From: Lingula anatina
Lineage: Eukaryota > Animalia > Brachiopoda
Direction: 5' to 3'
NCBI GenBank assembly: GCA_051362555.1
Contig: CM120645.1
Location: 1,736,001 to 1,800,000 of the forward strand
DNA length: 64,000 nucleotides
Shown here: positions 1 to 12,950 of the stretch, one piece after another
Numbering within the stretch: the stretch's first letter is position 1
How the letters are laid out: the number at the start of each line of letters is the position of its first letter
The notes under the pieces: model-generated
The model's database searches: none
Told to the model about the DNA's origin: nothing
The model's input: the letters and a program-made list of their open reading frames with translations, nothing else
Position numbers and translations under genes: made by a program

Positions 1-3000
1 GGTAGTATTCTGGCAGTTTGGCACTGTACTGTTATCCACTATCTCACAGCATCTGGTATTATTACCACACACAACTAAGGGCCTCACTTCAATTTATGAA
101 ACAGAAGTCAAAACTTGTCAACACAAGGAAATGAATTTAGAACATTATTTTAGAACTCATTAAATTTAGAACACTGTGGCAAATTTATTGAGTTCATTTG
201 TTTATACTTCTAACATGAGATACAGTGTACCATATACAGCATTCCCTGCACAAAATACATACAAAATTCAAAAAGAATAGAAAGATTTTAAAATAACAAC
301 ACTGAGCCCCTGACGAGTGTATTAAAATCACAACCTTAAAATCATAAATAATTCCTTACGCTTAGTTGAATTGATAAAAACAAACATAACATCAAATGGG
401 TTTTTAAGCACAGTTTTTATGTCGAGTTATAATTTATTCAAGGACCAATATTTGAGAAGAAAAGTATGAAGTAAAAACTTTCCATTGAACCTCAGAACCA
501 ATATGTCGACTTCAACCCCCCCCCCCCTCTTTCCTAATGGTGGTAATGGTACTGCACCCATGCAATAAAGTTTAACTGCCAGTTCTTACCTGGAACGCAA
601 TTTTGTGGATCTGGATCAGAAGAGTTGAACATGTATCCCTCTTCACACACACAGACCCGAGGTTCTGGACAAGGTAAACTTTGACCTTCTTCATTGGTAG
701 TATTCTGGCAGTTTGGCACTGTATTGTTATCAACTACCTCACAGCATCTGGTATTATTACCACACACAACTGGGGGCCTCACTTCAATTTATGAAACAGA
801 AGACGAAACTTATTAACAAAGGGAAATTATTTTATGAATTCTTTTATTTAAGAATATTGCGCAAGTCCGTTGTGTATCTGGGTTTGCATGTACTTCAAAC
901 ATGACATACAGTGTGCCATACAAAACATTGCCAAATTCCAACCACTGCGGCAAGTGACAACTGGTATACGACACCCATTTTCCAACCAGGGTAAATTACA
1001 ATGCCACATGTCACTTATTTACCAACCATGATTAAAAATATTATTTTTACAAATTATGCTAGAAGATATGAAGTTTAATATTGAAGTCATCTGCACAAAA
1101 TATACATGTTTACAAGTTTAAATAGGGTAGTATCGAAACCACAAACACAAATCATAAAGAATGCCTTATTCTTCCTTGAAAGGTAAAAACATGCAGTCCT
1201 TTAACCAACAATGAGGGTTCTCACCTGGAATGCAATTTTGTGGATCTGGATCAGAAGAGTTGAACATGTATCCCTCTTCACACACACAGACCAGAGGTTC
1301 TGGACAAGGTAAACTTTGACCTTCTTCATTGGTAGTATTCTGACAGTTTGACACTGTATTGTTATCCACTATCTCACAGCATCTGGTATTATTACCACAC
1401 ACAACTAAGGGCCTCACTTCAATTTATGAAACAGAAGACAAAACCCGTGACTAATTTTATAGCAATATTTTCGAACCCATTAAATTTTAGAACATTGTGC
1501 CAAATTGATGTTTTTGTGTTAATGTTTCTCACATGAGATGCAGTGTACCGTACACAGCAATGCCAAATTCCACCCACTGCGACTTGTGACGACTGGTATA
1601 AAACACCTGTTTTCCAACCAGTCAAGTACTACATGTCACGTGTACGCAAACCATATATAATTACAAATATTATTCTATTTTCTTATTAGTTAAAAAGTTT
1701 TAAAAATTAGTCACCTGCATGAATTAAAAGAGTAAAAAAGAACACAGACCCCCTGACGACAGCATTTTGAAATCATTTAAACAAAATCTTAAAAGTGTTC
1801 TTTGCTCTTCCAGGATTCAAGCACATAACTTTTTATCAAACTTCAGAACCAGTAAAATGTATCTCGGCTTCAACCCCTTCTGTTTCCCCTTGTTACTTAT
1901 ACTAATTACCGTACCGCTGCAATAAAGTCTATAAGTACCATTTCTCACCTGGAACGCAACTTTTGGAACCTGGATCAGAGATGTTCAACCTGTATCCCTC
2001 ATTACACACACAGGACCATTTATGCGGGCAAGGTAAACTTTTTTCAATGATATTATTCTTGCAGTAGATCGAGTGTCTTCTAACCCTACAGCACTTGGAG
2101 TTCTCCCCACACACGGGTCTTGGCGAAGGTTTTTTACACCCCTTGCCTCGACTGCCGCACTCCTGGCAGCGTATACGTGAGAAGGCGAGGTGCGATGGCT
2201 TAGCGTGCCGGCCGCCGTGTTTGCGTGGATGCCCAGGACATGCTCGGGTTATGCAGAAACGGCTGTGCCTTGTATGCCCTAAATGTAAATTTAAGATTTT
2301 ACGAAAAGTAAAACAACTTACACCTATATCATTTTTTGTCTGATTGGACGAAATGCCTGCATTGAACAAAAACGTATTTAAATTATTACAAGGTATAAAA
2401 AGCATGCCATAATGTCCAAATTCAGAATGTTGTTTATTTCACTGTATTTCAGGCCTACAGGCCAAGAGTACATCAACTGAGTTCTATTTATGATAATACT
2501 GAGCTGACTACAAAAGAATATATATCATAAACGACACAAATCACTTATCTAAAAAAACATCTCTTAATTTCTCAGCATGATATATGAAGGCCGCAAGTCT
2601 TTTTATAAAGTCAACATTATGTGATGACAGAGCAGTCGCTAGTGACAATGTTGTAATCTCGGGTATAAAGCGTTCCCTCAGACCGTTATATAAACTACAT
2701 GACATTAACACGTATTCCTCATTCTCAATAATTGTTATGCCATCAGAAAGGCATGTAGTACATACTCTATTTTCCCCATCTGCACTGGCATAACGACCCT
2801 TCTCAACCTGTAATTTGTGGTTTGATATTCTGAACTTGCAGTAGGCCCTTCTATGCTCTCCTATGGACACAAAAGATAAGTATTCCTCAAATACCAAATC
2901 TAGTTCAAATGAGCTGTAGGTCCTCAGCTTGCCTGATTCGCGTACTAAGGAATACCAATTCTACCTGCTTATATCCATTAATCGTTGTCTTAACTGTTCT

Positions 3001-3936
3001 GAAAAAAGTTTCACATTTCCACATCCTTGGTTTTCCCATACTACTCCAAATCCATATGAATATAAAAGATGTTTGATGTCACTCGCCCATGTTTGCCTCC
3101 CACTACTATCTAAGTCAAACAGTAACTTGTAGCATGATTTCAGTAGCCTACCGTCGTCCATACACAAAAGCTTGAACCAATACCTAATACATTTGACATG
3201 ATAATCTATGTATAGAGGGTAACGACCACATTCCCTAAGAACTGCTTGTGTGCTTGCATTATCCGATACCATCAATCATCTTTTACAAAACTTAACTTGA
3301 ACATTCTCTCTTGATTCGGATATTTCATATTCACTTGTAAGTAAAATTAACGTTACCATTTTATCGTAAATGAACATGACTATTTTACTAAATCGTGCTC
3401 TTTGGTGGATTGGTTTTTATCTTGACGCGATTTTTAAGGCTGATTTCTCATAATTGATCTCGCTTGACGCCATTGCATCGAGATATGCATCGTACCATCA
3501 TGCAAGCCAACCCACGGCTCTTCTTTCATGTAGGGTCTGCCATATTTGATCTGTGGATCAGTAGATCCTCTGATCTCCAGTTCTGAATGCGTCCTTTGTC
3601 GAATGAAGCTATTGTTCTGCCGTGTAATGCATCTTTTGTGAACGTGAAAGTAACAAAACTAAGCAAAATGTTTGGCTAACTGGAACACCGTTCAAAACGA
3701 AAGACGGTCCGAGAGAAGTGAGTTACTTTATAGCATAATGCAGATGAAACAGGGACCGATCAAATAAAGTTTGACCAGTCATGGTAATTTGAAAAAAAAA
3801 ACAAAAACATCTATCTTTAAAATACTTGATGGTGAATTATTAATGTCATAATTTAGCACTTACGAATATTGGCGACCGCATACAGTGCAACCAAAACCAA
3901 AATCAGACAAAGGAGCATTGTCCTGTACATCTTCAT
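1..3936 (-). CDS. Secreted Cys-rich repeat protein, copy 1 (5' part; 3' end lies outside the window)
   Basis: Exon 1 3936-3864 encodes MKMYRTMLLCLILVLVALYAVANI (signal peptide, GTAAGT donor, phase 1). Exon 2 2278-1949 (330 nt, TTTAG acceptor, GTGAG donor). Repeat exons 1416-1225, 781-590 and 86-<1. All are phase 1-1 and in frame. Confidence 0.8.
2425..3328 (-). mobile_element. 5'-truncated non-LTR retrotransposon (3' end of ORF2, RTEX/L1-like C-terminus)
   Basis: ORFs 2961-3275 and 2541-2897 give FRISNHKL..E.GRY...R.C..C...E.EE..L..C..Y..LR, typical of LINE ORF2 C-termini. Flanked by ATTCA duplications (2420-2424, 3329-3333). The site is empty in unit 2 (~25780). Confidence 0.8.
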
Positions 3937-4004
3937 CTTCAAACGGTAGTCCGGGCGACAGGTTATCAGTGACTACGGCAGTATGTGGGTCCGATGAAAC
4001 GCTC

Positions 4005-4038
4005 AATGAACTGAAACCTTTTCGGCTTCCTTTTTATA
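4005..4038 (-). promoter_or_regulatory. TATA box + initiator of the secreted-protein gene (copy 1)
   Basis: TATAAAAA at 4038-4031 with TCAGTT/TCATT Inr-like motifs 26-31 nt downstream. The TATA is conserved at 27163-27156 and 45166-45159. Confidence 0.7.
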
Positions 4039-5489
4039 GAGCATTTCTTGGTTGACAAGTTTTAACTGATCGTTTTCTAGGGGAGGCACAGTTGTTCTAT
4101 CCCCTACCAGGGCCGCAGGTTAAATATGTGCATTTTTCATTTGGCGCGAGAGTCGTGTTATAAAAAAGCCTAAGACATATCTGTGAACATCTAGAGAAAA
4201 AAATCTGTGGCCTTGGTAACTTTGCTCAGTGCTCAAGAATTTTTTTAATGGGGGGGGGGGGGGGGGGGGGGCAGGAATGTGTATATATTTTCCGCGATCG
4301 GCGCTTCGAAGAATAGGATAATTACATTCGTTTTTCACTAACACGCTGGCCTGTAATTCGGTCATTTTAATACGCATCGGTGCGTTCCGAGCGAAATACA
4401 AGTCAGTGCAATTATCCTATTGTTCGAAGCGGCAGCCGTGAGATAAGTCAGTTACAACTACTCATCGTCTTCTGTATTGGACATTCGAGAGAAAATCGTT
4501 TCAGCTGTGCCTCGATATAATTACGCTGTTGTATGTGACACAGTGTTCGACTCGCACTGTTTGTTGTTACTAGAACGTACATCATATAACTGATAACAGT
4601 TTCTTAAGCAGATTGTAGTAACTTGAGATTACTTTTTTCCAAAGCACACGCCTGGACAGGTGTACGCACAGGGTGTGGCAAGACTGCCGCACTCACGGAC
4701 GGACTGTGCAAACGACTCCCCAAACCCCAACTCCCCCCCCCCCCCCCAAAAAAAAAAAAAAAAAGAAAAAAAAAAGTTAAATTTTGTGTAGGTTTCTCTT
4801 AGGGTTATATGTTAAAATACTACATGGGCTTGAACTGGTCGATACTCGGACAGATACTTGAGACCACGACCTGTACCCTGTACCACTTTTGTCAGGAGGT
4901 ACCCGTGTAATTTTTTTCTCAAAATAAAAAATTATATTTAAATTCCGTTGCTATGTTGACGCACTAAGTCAACAAAGGTCACTTATTTGATGACTGTCTC
5001 GGATACTCACAGTATTTATTTCCTTTGTTGCACCTTAGGAACGGAATGAAATTCAAAACATTATTCCCCTTCACTGCTTTTATTTTATTTCTAGAAAAAA
5101 AATCTATTCATTCATAATTTGTCAATGATGCATGTATTCATATAGGCCTATTATTCATTTTAGAATTGAAGTCGGGAGGTATAAAAACAGAGAAGAGGCA
5201 AAGTGAAGAGCGGGGACTAACAGTTATATCGTAGGTACTTTCACCAATTAATATGACTAATAGGGAATTTGATAGGCCACGCCTTCATACCCTTGCAGGG
5301 GGTTTGGGGGAGGGGGTGGGGGGGAGGGGGGATGAGGGGATGTAGGCTGCGATTTTACCATTTTTCTTGGATCACAATTACGATTATCATTTTTCCTCCG
5401 GCACCCTTGCTCATATACTAGACGCAGATCTCACCATTTATCCTCTTGAATTCCTAGAAATTTGACAGCGATGTGAAAGGGATCAAATA

Positions 5490-5658
5490 CAGGGGCAGAT
5501 TCAAAGATATTTTCTGACAGGCTTCCACATCATCTAAATTGATCCACCTTCCATTTTTGACCGTCTTCCGACAAAAAAAGAATAGATACCCGTCATTGTA
5601 AACTTGAAAATCTGACCGTCTTCCGGAAGACCCAGAAGACGGCCTAAATCCGCCCCTA
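5490..5658. mobile_element. Short non-autonomous element with CAGGGGC termini
   Basis: Imperfect TIRs CAGGGGCAGATT / AAATCCGCCCCTA with AAATA on both sides. The site is empty in units 2 (~28385) and 3 (~46268). Confidence 0.6.
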
Positions 5659-5886
5659 AAATAAACGGGATATGACTGCTTGATCTAGCTGTAAATAATC
5701 CCCACCCATGCTTCCTTGGCTTATGAAAAGGGCATACATGTAACTGAATAAAAATAAAGCAAGGAAAGAAAATAAAATGCTCAATGAACACTAGCTAAAT
5801 GTGTGTACAAATATCAGTCGATTAAACAATAGAGGAGAGCACAGCCGTACACGTGTACGCGCCTCCCTTAACTTACAAAGTACACC

Positions 5887-5917
<31 letters not shown>

Positions 5918-6793
5918 ACCAAATAGACAAAAATAAATAAAAGTTTAACGGGCGAAGCGAGACAAAACCAAGGTTTTATCCATCCCCGTGAACAACAAAA
6001 CGCCCCGGCAAAAAAAGATAAACAAAAGATTAGAACGTATACCTATACTTCAAAGGTTGTTGGAAAGAGCGGGCGAAATGAAAATTCAAAACAGAATACC
6101 CTCTCACTGTATTTTTATCTTATTTCTTGAAAAAAATTAATTAATTCAAAATTTGTCCATGATCTTTTCAAATATTTCTTCATTCTTAAATATCAAAGAG
6201 GTAATCTACTGAGTAAAAAACAAAACATAATTATTGTTCAGTTAGATTATGACGAAGATAAGCATGCAATGTCAAGATGAAGGTGAAATTAAGTGTTTAT
6301 ATGATATTTTTCAATAGGCAGACTCTATCAAGGCATCTTTTGATTAATTCCTGACTTTTTTCCCTTGATCGACAAGGGAAGGAAGGGTTTGGGGATAACG
6401 CTCAAACAAAAGGTGCCCCTCTCAGCATCTGATCCATTTTCAGAAGATAAAATAAGCCTACACGTTTAAATACCTATGTACTGATTAAGTGCAATATGAC
6501 GTCTAAACAACAGGCTAAGGTATTTTTGTTCGCTTCCAACACCCTGAGTGCCACTGTAGGTAGATTAAAAGAGACTTCAGGTTACAGCATGCTGATGATA
6601 CAGGGGTTAGATTCAAATGACCATCAAACTCAGGTCGCTACGGAAGACAACAATTCTGATTATATAGAGCAAGGACGTGTATAGAATATATTCAATATGC
6701 ATCCTTGCATGGAGCTAGGATATCAGTGAGCTTTGGAAAATCAAGATGACTTCCTTTAATTGCAGTTGATTAAATTACCTTCTCACCTTCCAG

Positions 6794-7544
6794 ACGCAGA
6801 TTCTACGGCGTACCCTACGAGACAGAAGTTGGTGATTGTTGGGGATGGCGCCTGTGGTAAATCCTGCCTGCTCAACGTGTTTACACAGGACGACTTTACC
6901 CTCAGCTATATTCCCACCGTCTTTGAGAACTACGTAACCGACATAGAAGTGGATGGAAAACAGGTGCGACTCTTTTGTAGTATTTTTTTAAAATTAAATT
7001 GAAGACTTGAGAGTTAAAATTGTCTGTTATAAAATATAGTGTTCATCCGTTCATTTGATTTAAGCTCTTCTCTCTCTCATATATTCCTACTGTTTTTAAT
7101 TAGAAATAATGTTTTTTATTTCAGATCGAGTTGACACTTTGGGATACTGCCGGCCAGGAAGATTACGACCGTTTACGGCCCTTATCTTATCCCGATACTG
7201 ACGTCATACTAATGTGTTACTCTACAGACAGTCCTGACAGCCTGGCCAACATCGCCGAAAAATGGGCCCCGGAGATCAACCACTTTTGTCCCAATGTTCC
7301 TGTAGTTCTAGTGGCAAATAAAAAGGACTTGAAAAAAGATGAAGAGATCATTACTAAACTGGCAAAGCTGAACGAAAAGCCGGTGGACTACATGGCTGGG
7401 GAAGACACTGCGGCAAAAATTGGTGCTTTTTCTTTCCTTGAGTGTTCGGCGAAAACGCGAGAGGGCGTTAGAGACGTATTTGAGCCTGCCACGAGAGCGA
7501 CACTGTTGAAAAGGAAACGCCGTAAGATCCATCGCAGATGTTAA
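6794..7544 (+). pseudogene. RhoX copy 1: divergent RhoA-like GTPase with no visible start codon and no CAAX
   Basis: Exons 6794-6963 and 7125-7544 joined at the conserved GKQ|(V/I)E intron. Motifs [31 protein letters not shown]. Ends ...RKIHRRC*. No in-frame ATG in the first exon, which needs a phase-1 upstream exon that I could not find. Confidence 0.7.
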
Positions 7545-8013
7545 TTTTTTTATTACTCTGTTCTAAAGAAATTTGTCATAAGTGATGCTGGCAAGTGGAA
7601 GCAAAGTACAGACAATCTTGGTCGTTAAAAATAAATACATTGTAAGTAATGCCGTAATACTTACTGCTAAAACATTAACATGTAGGCTATATGTGCCATC
7701 AATCCAATTTGATTCTTGTAAATTATGTTTTTTATATTATACACATTAAATGTCCTTAATAACAATTATTCGTTGTTAACCAAGCGTATAATTGACCAAT
7801 TTATATTCTTTCATAGTTTTGATATTTGATAACTTCCATTTTTTTCTGGATGAATTACAATCGCAAATTTTTCTAACGAAATTTAAGACGTATTTATAAG
7901 TCAGAGTTCTAGAACATCGTTATCAGTGAAAAAGGACTCTTAGAAAATTCATACTATTTTCGAGGTTTTGGGAGTGGATGTGCAAGTGCTTAGCCCCACT
8001 GAAAAGTAAACCA

Positions 8014-8147
8014 GTCTCTCTCTCTCTCTCTCTCTCCTAAAATCACGCGTACATAACCCAGAGGAGGCCCTATCCCTAACCCCTCTCTCTCTCTCTCTCT
8101 CTCTTCTAAAATCACGCGTACATAACCCAGAGGAGGCCCTATCCCTC

Positions 8148-8182
<35 letters not shown>
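8014..8182. repeat. (CT)n microsatellite with a duplicated ~69-bp unit
   Basis: TAAAATCACGCGTACATAACCCAGAGGAGGCCCTATCCCT occurs twice between CT tracts. Confidence 0.85.
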
Positions 8183-8188
<6 letters not shown>

Positions 8189-9542
8189 ACTATTATTCCA
8201 TCACAGTAAACTACAGAATCAAGATAGCAAAATGTCTAGCAACAGGCCTGCATTCAGCAACCAGGGTTCCTTTTGTCGAAAACTGAACCTCTCCTTCCCC
8301 TCAGTTGACCCAGCTTGAGAAATGTCATAGAATTTAAATCAAGTATTGATTCAGAGGGGATCTTTTCTTGCCAAAAAGACGTTTTTAACCCCACCACCTC
8401 GCCCTGCCTACGGACATGAGCCTTATATGTTGTTTACATTTTTTTATATTATAAACGAGATAAGTGATAAGTGATATATCGGTCACTGAATAAATGGCTT
8501 GACCAAAGTAAAGGTCAGTTTTTAGAGTCACCTAAATGATCACTTGTGGGAGTAATTGTCATCTGAACTAACTATTTTACCTTAACTATACCAAATTAAA
8601 GGTAGATAAAATCAAGCAACTCTTTTCATCGCTACCTTTCAGTAACATTCAGGAGTCATAGCCCATGGTAATTTAATTATATTTTTTATTGTTGTTGGGA
8701 AAAACACTCTCCTTGAAAGAAAATAGAAAGAAAGTAGATGAAAAAGTCGTCAGTCAGTGAACTCTAGGATCTTATGACAGTCCTTCACTCTTCATGGTTC
8801 GTTTCACTACTGATGTGCATTTTCCCTGTCCTGGTGAAAATAAAAGAAGGAAAATGGGAAGCCCCATTTTCTCAAATGCCAAAAATATTGATAAAATTTA
8901 TTATTATTATTATTATATAAATAAAGGAATGAACAAGTATATAAGCCAAATGCAAAAAGTTGTCTTTATATTTATTTTCTATTGCAACATGACTGAAAAT
9001 GTGCAAAATGAGAAACAATACGACACCAGAAAAAGTACATCAATATCATTTCGTACAATTAACCGCGGTTAATAATAGATTTTAAAGCAATGCATAAATT
9101 AATATTTTAGTATTAAATATTAAATTAACACTATAACAAAAAGCGTAATGTTGCACTGGTTTCGACACTGCAAAAATGCATGTATTATTTATAATAACAA
9201 AACAAATGCTAACAACCAATTAAGACAGGCAAAAGCACCAACCACACTTTCAAAAACGTGTGTAATATTAAATCTAAAAAAGCTAATTTTAGGTTAAAAC
9301 ATAGATAAAAATGTAACGATACAAAGTCAACAATCAGCCGACCGCTATTGCCGAAAAAAGTTTTTTTATTATTTTGTTCAAAGCGTTTTTAACAATTTAA
9401 TGGGGGAGATTTGACATGTAAATATGCAAATAATGATAGTGCAAAAGCTCTGCACAGCAATCTTCCCAAAAAATCTTCACCCAGTCATTCCTCTATAAAT
9501 AAACCACCCAGTGAGGCTATTTTTAGCATCACGGACCTCCAT

Positions 9543-9576
9543 TATAAAAGAGCGTGGTTCGCCCGGCTAGTCATTT
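9543..9576 (+). promoter_or_regulatory. TATA box + initiator of RhoY
   Basis: TATAAAAG at 9543-9550 and TCATTT with its A at 9573 (30 nt spacing). Conserved at 32039-32046. Confidence 0.65.
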
Positions 9577-9658
9577 TCTAGCGCGAGAGAATCACCACAA
9601 AGATCACAGATAAATATTGTAAATAACAGGTACATCTATGTTTTTTTGAACCAAGACG

Positions 9659-9934
9659 ATGGGATTGTGGTCGTGTCTATACAACGGTGAGGAGTAACTC
9701 TCGTTTTCATTTTTTGATATCATTTTACTATTACCTTTAAAAATAAATATCTAATACAAAGTAACATTTTAAAATGATTATTACAGATCAGTTTAATCGT
9801 TGTTTCCGCGTTGAACACTATTTTTAATTGATGTAATACTGTTCTTGTGTTATCTGAGGGTAGTATAAAAGATGGGAAAATGATGAGTAAGCGAGGATAC
9901 GAGAGGAATTATAGATTATTTGTGATAATATTTG

Positions 9935-9973
<39 letters not shown>

Positions 9974-10391
9974 AAATGTTATTATACGGCAAGTGAAATA
10001 CATTTTCATTTTCAGATAGGTCTTCTAACGCTCACCAGCCACGCAAAACAATAATCATTCTTGGAGACGAGGGGTGTGGAAAATCTTGTCTAGTCAGCGT
10101 TTTCACAAAGGACGATTTCGCCATAAACCGTCTTCCTGTCCCTTCCACGAGTAATATTTCATACATAGAACGGCAGTTTAAATGTTGCGCTGCATATCAT
10201 TTCAACCCATGTTCTCATTATCAACAATATCAAAAAATCTTACATATATTTAGTTTGTTCCACACTTGAATAATAAAGAAAAACGTCTGTTTTAAAATTG
10301 ATGCAGGACCCGCATGATAAAAGCGAGAAAATTTCAAAATTTTACATTCAATCTCTCTGTTAATCCCCCCTCACACGAAACCCTGGAACCA

Positions 10392-10469
<78 letters not shown>

Positions 10470-11031
10470 GAGTGAATATCGATAAAGTAAATTGTGAGTG
10501 TGGTATTTATATCTTTAGCTGTAATATCATATTTTTTTAACTTTTAGTTTTACTTTTAGTACTTTATAACTTATTGCTTCTGTATCAGAAATGCCGATTT
10601 TGAAAACTTCCTTCCAGATTGAACTTATCCTCCGAGAACCAGCGGGGCTAGATGACGTCACCAGGCTTAACTCCCTTTCAGGCAACAAAAAGGACGCTTT
10701 ACTGTGTTATTCAATTGACAGTCCCTGCAGTTTTCAAAATGCCTCATACAAATGGGCACCAGAGATCAACAAACGATGCCCCGATGTTCCCATTGTTTTA
10801 GTTGGAAACAAAAAGGACTTACGAAATGACAAATATACTATTTGTGAACTAGGGACTGTACACGAAGAACCGATTGGTTGGCAAGCGGGACAGAAAATGG
10901 CCGAAAAGTTAAATGCGTTTTCTTATATGGAATGTTGAGCAAAAACGCGGGAAGGAATTCGAGAGTTGTTTGAGACGGCAGCAAAAGCGGCGGTGTTGAA
11001 AAAGAAGTGTCCAACTGTTGTTCGGAAATGA
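9659..11031 (+). pseudogene. RhoY copy 1 (disabled)
   Basis: Exons 9659-9686, 10016-~10169 and 10618-11031. Relative to copy 2, a ~38-bp deletion removes IDGKM and the exon-2 donor, TCA>TGA creates a stop at 10936-10938, and one codon is deleted. Confidence 0.8.
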
Positions 11032-11061
11032 TAATAAGAAATAATAAAAAAGAGTTATGTA

Positions 11062-11119
<58 letters not shown>

Positions 11120-12868
11120 TTATTTCATGGGCACAGCTGAAACCCGGAAAACTAGCTGTATTAAAAATGAAATAAAATACTTTGATGCCTTTCTCAGCGT
11201 TTATATGCAAATATTAAATAAGTACTATGTACTATTTGTCGTTAAGCGTTTATTGGTCCAACTTGACAATGATCGCTATCTGAAACAGAAGAGTAAATTA
11301 CATAAGTCTGCATAAATAATAATCCTATAAATACACGTTTCTATAGTAGACCTATAACCTGTTTAGAGGAAGGGTATGCATAAAAAAAGAGTGTAGCACA
11401 CTGAATATTTTGGTATTTTTACAAATTAATAATATCTGTTGAAGTCTACCTGGACACCTGAAGTAAGTAACTCTAACACAAGTGAACAATAACTAACCAC
11501 TGCACTACCTGTGCAGCTCTTTATTATAGTACCAAATATGCAAATGACCCAATGCTACAAGTCCAATAAATATGATTGGCTAGTTTACCACTGCATAACC
11601 ACTGCAATGCAACACTTTACCATAATTGTTTGAGATGTTATCACATAGCCATTATGTAAGTTCTACAAGAGGAAACCATTGCCTTCTTGCATGTTCAATG
11701 CCCAAATTCTATTGCGACAGTGATTTATATTGATGTAGGCGTGTGCATCGGTCCGTCCAAAGTCGCTATTTATTTCTCCATACTTGATTCACTAATTATT
11801 ATCTTTAATTGTATACATTCCTGATATTACTTAACTTTATTTTTATAATCCGATTTAACAAGGAGTTATTTTATTCTTTGTGAGCATACCTTTTAACCAC
11901 GGGATTCTTGTTCCATTTTATTTTGTTACATAAGCCAATCATGTTATCAAAATGCATTGTGGTGTACTTGGTAAAAAAATGACAAAGTTCAATGATTTTT
12001 TTTAAAATATGAACGAAAAATGCTTTTTAAAGGCCTGTATTACTATCTCTTAGTTTTGGCAGAGATATCAAATATCAGTTTGGAAATGGTTATAGGTATT
12101 AGGGAATTCTTGCTCGCTTTTCTCTTTGAATAATGCAAAAATTATAAACAAGGAAATTCTTATTTTTCATGTTGATATTTTATTCCTGGTGGCATATTGA
12201 GTTTTTTTAATAGCCTATCACAGTATATGAAGAGATACATGTATTATCTTCATTTCAACTTTCTGTTCTGTCATTTGGCTTTGTCAATAAGCTAACAACA
12301 TTTTGGAAGAAAATTGTAGTCTTTAGCAACTCAGCTAGGCTCGGGCAGATCATCCCTCCAGTTCAGATTTTGGTATTGCTCATATCTTTAACAAGAGATA
12401 GAGACCTTGAAGGTCCCTCCGATACCAAACCCGTACACACCTATTGCATACGTCCCATTGGATAAGTCTCCTTGAGGGATCTGGAGCAGAGAGGTAAAGC
12501 CAGAACAGCCATCAAAGTCGTCATTGGAGTACGCACTGTTACCTTGGCGGATATTGCATGTCTGACTTCCACCGGATTCAATATTAGACATAGCATCACA
12601 GGAAAAAAGAGCCAGCTTCGTGTCGTAGTCGGCGGCATTGCATGTGGATATAATGATGTTGTTACTTCCTGAGTAACAGATGCTGTATCGCAACGGTGCC
12701 AGATTATTTGCGACATATTGATAGCTGTCGTTGAAGGTATAGGTTGTACCATCACACATGACTTGTTGAACGTCCGCTGTAAGTGTTAATATAATTTAAG
12801 TGTAAATATAATTTCGACTTTCACATTGGCCACACTATTTTACAATAATAATGATTATATATACCCGG

Positions 12869-12946
<78 letters not shown>
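10394..12946. repeat. (TA)n microsatellites
   Basis: Tracts at ~10394-10460, 11064-11118 and 12872-12946. Others at ~32940-33004, 33883-33935 and 41527-41590; (GA)n at ~9938-9971 and 32430-32467. Confidence 0.9.

Positions 12947-12950
<4 letters not shown>

Larger units (their letters stand above)
1..6515. repeat. Segmental tandem duplication, unit 1 (partial, runs off the left edge)
   Basis: Homologous, with indels and TE differences, to the right-hand parts of units 2 and 3. Ends at ...TGACGTCTAAACAACAGGC, the same motif that ends units 2 and 3. Confidence 0.9.

Noticed and set aside
2279-2405. Longer exon 2 using the upstream TGCAG acceptor (GISSNQTKND...)
   Set aside because: The homologous frame has a TAG in copies 2 and 3. 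The TTTAG acceptor at 2279 gives a 330-nt symmetric exon in all three copies.
4120-4401. ORF MYFARNAPMR... (also 45286-45549) as a gene
   Set aside because: Lies upstream of the TATA box, starts at a non-ATG codon, runs through homopolymers and is not frame-conserved among units.
6496-6684. ORF MTSKQQAK... as the first exon of RhoX
   Set aside because: Spans the duplication junction, its candidate donor is phase 0 whereas RhoX needs phase 1, and the ATG is TTG in unit 3.
12441-12755. Overlapping alternative-frame and antisense ORFs on the terminal exon, Rho exons and LINE
   Set aside because: Shadow ORFs with no motif or splice support.
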